Source: Lama guanicoe (Eukaryota). Taken from it: 64,000 nt of DNA. Shown here in pieces: positions 37,079 through 48,160 of this stretch (positions are counted from its first letter, which is position 1; each line of letters starts with the position of its first letter). The translations under genes and the position numbers were made by a program. The stretch covers positions 2,435,846 through 2,499,845 of the forward strand of contig MU056737.1 of NCBI GenBank assembly GCA_013239625.1, read 5' to 3'. Below the pieces are notes generated by a model. The model had not been told where the DNA came from and searched no databases. It saw only the letters and a program-made list of their open reading frames with translations.

Positions 37079-38059
37079 GAGAGAGAGCTGGGGCATACAC
37101 GCAGACACATGGCAACGGGTGGTGATGTCTCTGTGAGGATATCCTAGGTTCACTGCACCATTTGCTCACCTTTCCCCTAGCTTTGTGATTCTTTAAAATA
37201 AGAAGGGTCTGGCAGGTGGGAGGAGATGAAGTCTGTGCACAGCAGGTGAGGCCGACTGAGGCGAGGCTGGGTCCTGGTAAGATCACCTGTCTCCTCTAAA
37301 ACACCCTTTAATCTTCAGTGATGGATGTATTTTGTTGCTTTTTCGGGGGTGCCAAGGGAGCATTTGTTTGTGATTTTTCTTTTCTCTGAACCATAGATCT
37401 CCAGTTGGCACAGGAGAGGTTTCCTCTTGTGTCCTGCGTGGGGCGCGTGCCTGGGGCCGTTGCCCCGGGTCAGTCCTGCCCGGTGCCGGCGTCTCTAACC
37501 ACCGGGCACACCTGGCCCTGGGTTTTCTCAGAAAGCCCGTTTTATCTTCGCCTCCTCCCTGGGTGAGTGGGCGGGGTAGGTATGGCGGCCGCACATTTCA
37601 GAGGTGGACGTGGGTGGAGAGGGTGAAGGTGCCCAGAAATCACACCGCCGTTCAGGGTCTGCAGCAGAGGGCTCTCCACCCGCTCATCTCGGGGTCCAGC
37701 TCCCCATCACAGTGGTGGAGCCACTGTGCCTGTGAGGGACACCGGAGAGGAGCACTGCGGGTGTGTCACAGGTGACGTGTTCAAGGTGGGTGCGACCACA
37801 AACATGAGTGTTCGTGGAGGCATTTGCACCTTACATCTTAAGTTCCGATACAGTGTTTCCACTCTCTTGGTTTTAAATGCCGCTCAGCAAACCTGAGAAC
37901 CCTTCTTCCCCAGCAGCATCCGGCACCCTGTCTGCCGCCCACCTCTTCTCCCAGTGCCTCCCTGCCTGTGAAGGAGGCAAGGAGCTAATGGTTAGTGTTG
38001 TTGGTGTCTCGGAAGTTTGACAGTGACCCGCATCACAGATGTGTTCTTGTCTAACAACC

Positions 38060-38145
38060 GTGCGTGTGTGTGGGTTTGTGTGTGTGTGTGTGCATGTGTC
38101 TGTGTGCAAGTGCCATAGCTGTGTGTGTGTAAGTGCGTGTGTGTC
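38060..38145. repeat. Degenerate (TG)n tract
   Basis: Read directly as interrupted TG repeats. Confidence 0.8.
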
Positions 38146-38781
38146 CCTACATGTAAAGCATGTGACACAAAAGCTTCATCAGACGAGCCTTGCCCTTATT
38201 CTTTGATGCTCATTAATCTGAACCATTCTTCAGAGAGATGTGGCTGGTTGAAGCCTCATCGATTTCACAACCTACAGTTCGAAAAATGGATTCAGTAACA
38301 GGGATAACACAAAAACCTAACAAACAGTGGAACGGGTGTCTGAAGGCAATCCTGCCTGCACAATGTGTGTGTGTCCCTCTATGGGTGCACTCACAGTCTT
38401 TGCACGTGTTCACGCGCATGTGTACACGCAGGCTCGGGTGGGTGCGTCCATGGGCACTCCCAGTGAATGCAGAGCAGCCGCTGGCCCCCGCCCTTGCGAC
38501 CTGTCTCTCCTCCTCTGGGGTGAAGCCCTGCAGAAGCTGTGGGTGAACTCGTCCTCGGGGCCTGGGCTGCTGCTTGCTCCCTAATGTGACTTCCCGGAGC
38601 GGCCTGTGCTTCACCCTAGACGGGCGGCTGTGCGCTGAGCCGGGAAGGGGACCTGGAGGGCACCCGCGTCCCAGAGAAATGACAAGGAACCAGGTTTTAT
38701 ACCCGCCTGAGGGCTCTTTCCGTGGGGAAGCCCCCGTGGCCAGGCCCTGATGTTTGCTGAAACAGCAGCACTGGGTGCACG

Positions 38782-38985
38782 TTTAAAGTGCGCCCGGACC
38801 GCAGATCGCTCACAGGTGGGCCCCTCTGCAGAGCGTGGGGCGGGCTGCGGCCAGCGCCCGGGGCTCGGGAGATGCGCTCCGGGTCTGCGTCTGCGTCTGC
38901 GTCTGGGCCTGGTGCTGCACTGCGTCCTCGGGCTAAAGGGTGGCCGACTTGTGTTTCGCTTCTTACTTTTGAGCTGAGGGTAAGT
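38782..38985 (+). promoter_or_regulatory. Candidate alternative promoter and first exon
   Basis: TTTAAA at 38782-38787, an Inr-like TCA with the A at 38812 (30 nt downstream), a CpG-rich body, and a consensus donor AGG|GTAAGT at 38979/38980. Confidence 0.45.
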
Positions 38986-40530
38986 GCCTGGTGATGTGGG
39001 AAGTTCAGAGTGCCACGCTGTAGGTGTCGGCGGAACTTTGAGTAGCTGTGGAGGCCGCGCAGCAGACACGCCCGCTTTGGGAGGAATTTTCATCCCCCAA
39101 GTGCATGGTGTCCTTCCCGTCAGCAGGATGACAGTAGCCACGGTGCTAACAGCCGACGGGCTCCTGCTGTGAGCCCAGCTCGTGTGCTGGGTGTGCGTTT
39201 CCCCCCTGCTCGGTGGTGGAGAGTAAACCCCGCAGCCACTTGCTTTCTATCATCTTCCCTTCCTTTTCCACATGAGGTTGGTGGCGGGTGTTTCAATACT
39301 CCTCTTGAAAACCTCCAGCCTGCCAAACCACCGAGGGGGGAGAACGATTAGCTCATCGGGTTCGGTGTATCAAAGTGAACTGGGTGACAAATGGAACATA
39401 GCTCACAGACTACGGCGGTTATTAACGTGTGACGGCTTCTGGCAAAGCCCGGAGCGAACAGTCGGGAACCCGTTAATCTGTCCTCGGGCTGAAGCTGGAA
39501 AGGTAAATGAGCAAACACTTGGAATCCGCGTGCTGCTTCTCCGCACCGTCCCCTCGCCTGTCTGAACTCACAGACTCACAGACTCATAAAATACCCTCAT
39601 TTCCCACCTTTCACTTTGCAGCCTCATTTTTTTTTTGATTCTCCGATTAATAGAAACATTCACGTTTTTGTTTGTGTCTACTTTTAAAGCATTATTAGAT
39701 ACGAAAGTATGTCCTTGGGATTGGTAATCAGGACATGCTGATTTATCTCCATGTGCAAAACAGAGTGACTGCTAAGCAGCGTTTATATATGGAAGTTACG
39801 TGCACTGTTGATAATTACTTAAAAAATACAGTGGAGCGTTTTGCCTCCAGCTGGTTTGTGACTCGACAGTTTAAAAACCTCAGTGAATTATTTAAAATAA
39901 TGCCCATCTCTTAGATCAGCAAGAGGATTCTTAACCCTCCGTGGTGAGGGCCTAGGCGCCCCCAGCATCCCTGGTCCGCGGACCTCTGGCCAGTCTCAGC
40001 CCACACGTGTTGAGCGGATGTTTCACAGACACATTCAGCTTGGGGCTTGTGTATGTAAGTCATTTAACCCTCACGGTGTCGTAATTGTCTCAAATGTTGC
40101 CGTTTCGGCCAGAGAACTGAACAAGGGCGTGTGTTACGGGGGCTCAAGTCCAGTCCCTGTGGAGGCAAGGCCTGTGCCTTCTGGTGGCGGAGAGGTGGCA
40201 CCCCCTGCTCTTCTGGGAGATTCTCGGTTATGGCAGGGAACGAGGCATGAAGACGCGAGCAGGAGAGGCAATTTGAGGCATTCTAATATTAAACCGCACA
40301 CACCTGCCGTGTGTGACCCTCGGTGGAGAAGGAGGAGGTCCCTGGGATCTGCAAGCATTCAAAACAGACCTGCAGAGAAACCTGAACTTGGGCAGACACC
40401 TGAAGGCCGGGAAGGATCGGGGAGAGCTGGGGGTCCTGGATGTGGAGGTGAGGGAGGGAGCGGTGGTGCCCAGAGGAGGACACCTGCTCACAGGGCCAGT
40501 GAGAACAAGATGCAGAATCTTCTCAGGCTC

Positions 40531-40724
40531 CGGTTGGCCCTTGAACAACGCGGCTTTGAACTGTGTGGGTCCATTTATATTTGGTTGTTTTTCGATGGAA
40601 GAGATCACAGCAGTACATGGTCGGTAGTTGGTTAAATTCGAGGATTTGGAGGAAAGACAGATACAGGGGGTTGACTCTAAATTATACTTGGATTAACCCC
40701 CCCAGCTTTTTCAAGGGTCAGCTG
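40531..40724. mobile_element. MER8-like Tc1/mariner-Tigger MITE
   Basis: Inverted termini 'cggttggcccttgaacaac' and 'ttcaagggtcagctg', with the internal segment 'tttgaactgtgtgggtccatttata'. Confidence 0.75.
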
Positions 40725-40825
40725 TGTATCACTCTCTTGCTCTAAATTGCCATCCACTTTTAGGGAAAACTGGAATCAGGTGAGCATGTTAATTGAATTT
40801 TATTTCCAAGAAATAAGGTTTATAC

Positions 40826-41080
40826 TTTTTTTTAATTGACGTATAATCCGTTTACATTTTGTCAATTTTTGTTGCACAACGTTTCAGTCATACACATAAA
40901 TACAAATATTCCTTTTCATATTGCTTTTCATTACGGGTCACTACAAGACATGGAACATAGCTCCCTGTGCTCTGCAGTAGGACCTTGTTGTTTATCTGTT
41001 TTATATACAGTAGTTAGTATTTGCAAATCTCGAACTCCCAATTTATCCCTTCTCACCCTTTTCCCCCCTGGTAGCCATGA
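40826..41080 (-). mobile_element. L1 3' end fragment
   Basis: A T tail is followed by 'catagctccctgtgctctgcagtaggaccttgttgtttatctgttttatatac'. Confidence 0.88.
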
Positions 41081-41229
41081 GGGTCATTACTTTTTTAACC
41101 AGGCATTTTCCATCAAACCCTGAACTCCATGCCTTCTGCGGTGAAGACCCCACCCCACACATGCGTGGTCTGCCCCCCCATGTCCCCAGCTCCCGCAGGG
41201 AGAGGAGGCCACGTGCACAGGAGTGGGAC

Positions 41230-41350
41230 TCGAGTTCCAGATGGGATTTGACCACCCGTTGTTGCCTGTTTGAGAAAGTCATTTAATCTCTGAGACAGAA
41301 TTCCCTCCTCTGTCAGATGAGATGCTAAGTATGACGTCACGGGTTGGTGT
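41230..41350. mobile_element. MIR fragment
   Basis: 'tgagaaagtcatttaatctctgagacagaattccctcctctgtcagatgagatg' resembles the MIR core. Confidence 0.55.
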
Positions 41351-41639
41351 GCAGTTTGGACGAGACGCTGGCTGGCTCAGGCCGAGACGCGCCCAGAATT
41401 GTAACTCTTCCCAGCTGGGATTAATCAGCAGTGGTTCCCTCCCCACCAATGGCACTGCTGTACAGATGGATTCTTCGGGAACAACAACAGAATCTTACGT
41501 ATACATTGGTGTCAGGGAGCATCCCCGGAGGAAGCTGAAAGGATGGTGTGTGGGGCGGGCCCTGGTGGGGAGGCTGGCAGAGGGGTCCCTGGACCATGTG
41601 CTGCTGTGTTTATATTCTCAGGATAGCTCTTCGGAGACT

Positions 41640-41848
41640 TATTTTTATCTTATTTTTTATTGAAGTGTAATTGGTTTACAGTGTCAGTTTCAGGTGCACA
41701 GCAAAGCGATTCAGTTATACATATACATACATGTATTTTTTTTCAGATTCTTTTCCATTATATGTTATTACAAGGAATTGAATGTAGTTCCCTGTGCTCT
41801 ACAGTAGGTCCTTGTTGTTTATCTGTTTTATATACAGTAATGTGTATT
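41640..41848 (-). mobile_element. L1 3' end fragment
   Basis: 'tttttattgaagtgtaattggtttacagtg...gttccctgtgctctacagtaggtccttgttg'. Confidence 0.88.
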
Positions 41849-41990
41849 TTTAAAGACAATGGTAATCTTCAGAGGCAATTGTTTCCAAATTGAGACGATC
41901 ATCCGATTCCTGGGAGCACTTAAACGTGTCTGGACCTCCCCCAAGACGCCTGAAGTTACTACTTCTGGAGGTGGGACCCAGGGTGGGTTA

Positions 41991-42083
41991 TTTTTTTCCC
42001 CTTAACAGAGGCACTGGGGATCGAACCTAGGACCTCGTGCTCGCCAAGCGCGTGCTCCACCACAGAGCTATTCCCTCCCACCC
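41991..42083 (-). mobile_element. tRNA-Ala-derived camelid SINE (vic-1 type)
   Basis: 'gaggcactggggatcgaacctaggacctcgtgc...gctccaccacagagcta' is the reverse complement of a tRNA-Ala-like head, preceded by a T tail. Confidence 0.85.
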
Positions 42084-45000
42084 TCAGGGGGTTTTATTTT
42101 TGATTCAGATGCCAATCCAGGCTTGGGAACCCAGATCGAGTCTACCTTCCCATTTTACAAGTGAGAGAGTAGGTCAGGAGGCAGAAGACACGTCTGCCCT
42201 CCCTGCCAGGTTCTGTCTGAGGAGACCTCCCCCACAGCAGCCCAGTCACCCCTCTGCAAACTGGTCCAAGTCTAACACGAGCCTGGAGTGCGCAGTCGCC
42301 CTGATAGGTGACTTGGGGTGGAGTCCTGAGTAGGCTCTTGAGGGAAATGCAGGCTCGTGACTAGTGACGGTAGCAGGAGGTTGACTCCAGGGGAAGAAGG
42401 CGCGCATGTGGTGCTGTTTAAGCCGAGCTGGGGTCACAGGACCACGATCTACTGTAGGTTTTCACTTGTCGAGGGCGTACGTCTCACTTCTTGGTGGTGC
42501 GATTCCTTCTCAAACGTGCCTCCTGCTGCGCTGACGTCCTCAGAGCCCGTTTTGGCCCCGGGGAGCTTGACCCCCCAGGCAGTGAGCCCGCTGTCCTCTG
42601 AGTGGTGCGAAAAACCGCCGTTTCGGTGGATGGGTTTTCATCCCTGTTGTGAGCACGCAGCCCCCAGAGTCCACAGCACCCTCACCCAAAGTACCTCATT
42701 TATGCAGAAACGGCGATGCCTTACTCAGGAGGGCGTTCTTACCGACTTGGGCAATTCCAGAGCGGCTGGGGGAGAACAGGGGAGGCCTTTGAAAGTCGTG
42801 GGCGATGCTGGCTACTCACCCGTTACCCGGGACCTCACACAGCGGTCAGACAGGGAGGTTAGGTGGGTGAGTCACCTGCTCACATGGTGGTCATGCCGTG
42901 GAATTTAGCTGTTTCACTGTAAATAGTAGGCTAGAAATTAATAAAACTGAGATGATTTCATCTACTCAAGATGGGCTTATGATTTCAAGAAACTTTAAAT
43001 TCTCTTCCACTGAGGAGGTCAGTGTTCTAAGAATTTAATGAAGTAGCTTTAATTTCCCTGTGCCTTTGCAGTGGACAGTTAGCCTTCTGTGTCCTGGAAT
43101 TAGTGTCAAGCAGCAATATATTTTACAGTGCTTGTAGGATGGTTTATTTCAGTGCCTGTTTAGAAAACTAAGTCAGAAAATGAGGGGGGTTTTATTTTCA
43201 ATGTTTTGAGCTAGATAATATCTTGAAGATGCATGACATAATGTGTTGATTTTTCCTTGCATTCTCACGTCCCCCAAAATATAACAGGCAGGTTTATTCT
43301 TAGATGAAATCCATTTCATCAAAATTCTCATGGTAGCTTTCATATGTGGCAAATGAACTTTTTCTGAAAGGATTAAATATCTAAGCTTTTGAAGCCGGAA
43401 GGGTGATTATTACAAAAGCTAGATTAATGCAGTTTGACCTAATTTCAAGACAGTGACATTGTAAGTAGCCTTATAAGAATGGCTTGTATTGCATGTGTTT
43501 AAATGCATGATTCTGAAATAGCTTTTTTAAATTTTTTTTACTGTATGTTGGAAGATATATTCAGATAAATGCATACCCTCTGTGAGAACTTTTATCTTTA
43601 GTCAAATGATGTCATTGTGGAAAGAAGTTGGAGTCTTTGACTCCTTTTTTCATGTATTTATTAATTCAGATAATTTGATGAGCACCTGCTGGGCACCAGT
43701 TACCCTGTAGGTGCTTCGGTCCAATGTGGGTTCTTAAAAACAGTGAGGGTGGAGCTGGGTGCTGCGGAAGGCAGGCTGGTGCCTGAATTTGGGGGTTCTC
43801 TGAATGAAATCTGCATTTAATGTCACCCCCCAGCAGAGGCCGCCTTGGTATGATCGGGGTCTTAGTGGCCAGTGTTCGAAGAGGAGCCAGCAGTGTCTCC
43901 CCCTTGTGGCCGCGGGCCTCCTGGTATGGTTGTATTCACAGGAGAAGGAAGACTGGGTTTCTGTTAAAGCAGTTGAGATGCTGTCTCAAAAAAAAATGTA
44001 CTTTTTTAATAGATATTCAGCTAAGAAGTAGACCTGTGTGAGTAATTTAACTGAGCAGAAACCTCCATTGATTAACTTCTTCTTTCCTTTTATTAACTTC
44101 ACTTCTAAGAAGCAGCGAAGGGACAGTAAGCCGCCTGCGAGCTATTTTGCGCTGCTGGGGGTGGCTCCGGGGCTCGCCCTCACGCCTGCTCCGGCTCGGC
44201 GCCATGTGGTCTTAGGCTCCGGGGAGGCGGAGCCATCCAAGATGGGTTTTTATTTGACTTCGCTAAGGTCAAGGTTGGGCTAATATTCCACAGGGGAGCG
44301 TTCAACGGAGAGTTGAAATTAAATAGTGTTTCTTGTCAGGCCTCAGTTAGTTAGGAAATTCAATTAACCCTCATTCCCAGCGCTGTCTGGGGAACTGATG
44401 TTTTCCTGTGTTGGGGTTAGAGACCCCGAGGCGCAGGGGTTATAACTGGAGAATCCGAGAACGGACAGCAGCAGGAACTGCAGACGGCTTGCAGAATCCC
44501 CAGTCTGTGTGACACAGGGGTTGCTCTGTGAGGATCTGGGGCCGAGCCTGAGTCCTCAGGGGACTCCAGCTGGGGATCAGGAGCCATCTGAAGGAGTCAG
44601 GAGGTGAGAGTGAGGTGAGAAAACAAGTCTACACTGCGAACCCTAAATCAGAGTCACTTCCACGCTTTAAATTTGCATGTAAAATTTAACATTTGTATTC
44701 CCTCAGATGTCTGTCATTTCCTTTAGCCTCCCCGTATATGGACTAGACTTACTTAGAAACAAAAGCAAAGGGCAGTGTAGACTCTTGAGGGGCCAGAAAT
44801 CTAAGTAGCTGAGGGATTCGGTGGGACATTTTCGGTCTTAAGATAAAGTTTCAACTGTCCCAACGGGAGAACTTTCCCAGGAAACAGACTGCAGTCTGGG
44901 TAGTTCTGGCTGACGCTTCAAGCCGTCAGTGGGAACAGTTAGAGTTTGTGTCCTGGCCCCGCCTTGGAAGGCTCTGGTTCCAGCTGTGGCTGGTGCGTGG

Positions 45001-45284
45001 ACTGGGCCCTGCTGATGGCCCAGTAAAACCACGTGCCGGCTTCTGATTGTCATCCAGCCTCTCATATCCTCGCCTGTGGGACTTGGGCCCGGGGAGGGAG
45101 CAGGGCCATGGGGACGTGGCCGGCACCCAAGAAACTCTTGCATTTTTGTTTCTCCTTTTGACCCCAATCACTTTAGGTTTTACACTGATGGCTTTTTAAA
45201 AGGTTCTCATAACTTTTAGGTGAGAATATACTTTGCTGATTTTTTAACTGACCGATTAACTCACCAGGCACTGAAATAACCACA

Positions 45285-45500
45285 CACAGTGATAATGGCT
45301 GTGGTCGTGCGCGCTGGCTGTGCGCGCGGCGCTCTGCTGGACCATCGTCTGCATCAGATTCCCGGTAGTGAGAGAGCCTTCTGGGTGGGAGTTATCACCA
45401 CCCCCGCTACCCTCAGACGCTCAGGTCCAGTAACATGCTCGAGGCGGCACCCAGCAAGGGCAGGTGGGATTGAAAGTCTGTCCTTCTAACCTCCAGCCCG
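45285..45500. mobile_element. GC-shifted MIR relic
   Basis: The layout 'gataatggctg...gcgctggctgtgcgcgcggcgctctgctg...ggtgggagttatcaccacccc...ggtgggattgaaagtctgtcc' follows MIR but is strongly GC-enriched. Confidence 0.4.
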
Positions 45501-46859
45501 CGCGTGACTGCCGGGCTAGGGCTGTGGGGGAGACCCTGATCCAGACGCTCCAGGGTGGTTCTGCGCCGTGGGGCTGGGGACGGGGTGGGGGGCGGGGAGG
45601 AAAGCATGAGAACAGGCGATGCCGTCACTCTGTCGGCTCGCTGTGCGCGCTGGTGTCACCCTCTTCCCCCGTGACGTCGGGGAGAAAGCGGGCCAGCCCG
45701 CGCCTCCCTGGGCACAAAGGGTGCTTGTCTGACGCTCGCATTAGAACAGGGACAACAGTGCAGCCCTCGACGGATGGTAGTGACGATTAACCGACAACAT
45801 GTGCACCGAAGAGCCTGGAGCCTAAACAACCCTGATTTCCCGGATGTTCACAACACAGCTTCCGCTTGGCAGTAGGGGCAGGACATTATAATAAATGACT
45901 AAATGCGCAGGAAATAGAGGTGAAATGGGACCTGCTTTTAGAATCATCTAATCATTTCAGAACAAAATGAAGGTGCTTCTGTTGATTTTTTTCCACGACT
46001 GTCTAGCAATGAGCGTCAACTGAACAGTGGTCCAGTGGCCCCCAGAGTGACGAACAATGCACATGCTGGATGGGTGTAGCCTGCGGCTTATGAAGATAGT
46101 AACGGAGAAGACAGTCTGCTGAGGAAGGAATAAAAGGAGCATATTTTAATTCCTCATTTGCAACCTTCATTAGAGAAGGAGAGAGGTTCTAGAATCAGCA
46201 AACTAACGAAAAACGATGTCTTCTCCCCCCCCAAAAGTGACATCTTTGTCATGAAGCTGCACCTGCATTATTGAGTAAAATATCGCCCGTGTTGTATGCG
46301 GTGTGATTTCAGTGGGAGAAATTACAAGCGGATGACCCCTGATAAATCATACGCCGCGGCTGCAGGCTGCGCACACCGAGACTAATTGTCTTCTGCGGGG
46401 GAGGCTGCGCGCTGTGTGATGGAAATGTGCAGCGGCTGGGCTGGGGATGAGTTCTAATATATGTGTCTGCTTTTAAACACTCCTGAGCTGCATGTGGAAA
46501 AGCTGACCAGCAGGTGCACAGTATGTGCATTCGTTTTGTGCTGTCTTTTGTTGGGAGGAGGGTGGTGAAGGCATCTTTGCTAGTGAACTGTCTGCTTTCT
46601 CTGTCTGGGTCCCTAAATATTTCTGGGTCTTGGTGCCCTGGGGCTTTAGAGCCAGTCTTTGAAAGAGAACCGTTCGTGAAGGGTGGAGGGTGGAGGGTGG
46701 GTGGGCATCCATTTCGACTTATTTTTACCCTGAATGTGCACTTTCTAGATTTGTACCCAACAGCCGTGATGCTACAGACATCTGGTGATCCTGGCGCGGC
46801 AGAATTGCTGGTAATGGTCAGCGCCCTCTCTGCGGGTGTGCGTAGCGTGTAAGGGCGAG

Positions 46860-47100
46860 AGTTGAGGGTGACGATGACCGTGTATTGAGATGCTGTGCTG
46901 AACGCCTGTGTGCACTTCACACGTGTAACTTACTCATCTTCCCAGTACCTCCATGAAGTATTCGTTACTAACCCCAATTTACAAGCTGAGGAAACTGAGG
47001 TGCACACCATTTACATAGTTTGCCTAAGATCGTTTGACTCGTTAGTAACGGAACCTGGATTCCGCCCCAGGAGAGCTTAACTCGCATTTAGCACACTGCG
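46860..47100. mobile_element. MIR SINE
   Basis: 'ccccaatttacaagctgaggaaactgagg...gttagtaacggaacctggattc'. Confidence 0.7.
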
Positions 47101-48039
47101 CCATCACCCCTCCAAACTTCGCTTGTAGATGCGTTTGTGAGTTGATACAGTGATGGGGTCTCCTGTTTTCCTTTGCCCTCGTGACCCATCCAAACACCCT
47201 TGTTTGTCGGCACCAAAGTGGTCATAGGAAAAAAGTATCTCAGGTCATCCTGTTTCTTTTTCCACCGTATGATCATAATTTTCTCCCGTCCCGAGTGGGC
47301 AACCTTCGCTTCTCTCATTCTTTTGCATCCATTTTGCAAAGTGAAACGCCCACAGGAGGTGGAGAATCAGGTGCATCTGTGCGTCCACGTCACTCATCCA
47401 CCAGGAGATCAGACAGAGGCGTCATTTCCTTGGGGGGGAAACTGCATCTTGCAGACCTTACTCATTTCTCACTTCTGTGTAGAAGTTCCCTTCCTAAAAA
47501 CAGGAAGTCTCGGGCATACGAAGGTCATTTTTACATGGCCCCCTGATTGCTTAGGAAAACAAAATTTAAAAGCACTCTCTTAAGAAGGAAAGATACTGTT
47601 TCTCCAGGGTAAGGATTTTCAACAAGATTCTGGGGAGATCTTGTCTCTAAACAACCCTGGGCTGATGTGGGCTGTGCAGCGTGGCTTTGTTAATTGGATT
47701 GTAGCTGCTTGGATAATTAACAGGGGACAGAATATTTGAACTGCAACCCAACGAGGTCCTCTCAGGTTTGCACCAGGTGGGCGAGGGCCACGGTGATGGG
47801 GATAATGAACCTTTGGGTTCTGGAAATTCAAGAGAAGCCGTACCATGTTATCTTTCTTTTTTGTTAAAAGAGGAGGAGGAATCCTCTCTCCTAAGGAAAG
47901 TTGACTTGCCAGGCACTCGTGCCCGCTGTGACTGCTTCATGTGGATTTGGCTTAAACCCGGCACTCATTTCAGACACAGCCGTGCGGCCAAACGTTCCAG
48001 GATCCGACACCTCGGTTCCTGCTGTAATGCTTCCCTTGT

Positions 48040-48160
48040 TTCTATAGTTACGCTGAACGATTCATGGAGGTTTTCAAGGCTCCGTGATCATTTCTGTAAA
48101 ATGGGGATAATCAGATCTTCCCCGCTAACTTCCCAGAACTGTCAGAAAGATTAAACAAAG
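48040..48160. mobile_element. MIR fragment
   Basis: 'tctgtaaaatggggataatc...cagaactgtcagaaagattaaa'. Confidence 0.65.

Noticed and set aside
43025-44111. STAT5-type TTCTAAGAA words at 43025 and 44103, and another at 52201
   Set aside because: A short AT-rich motif, too dispersed to distinguish from chance.
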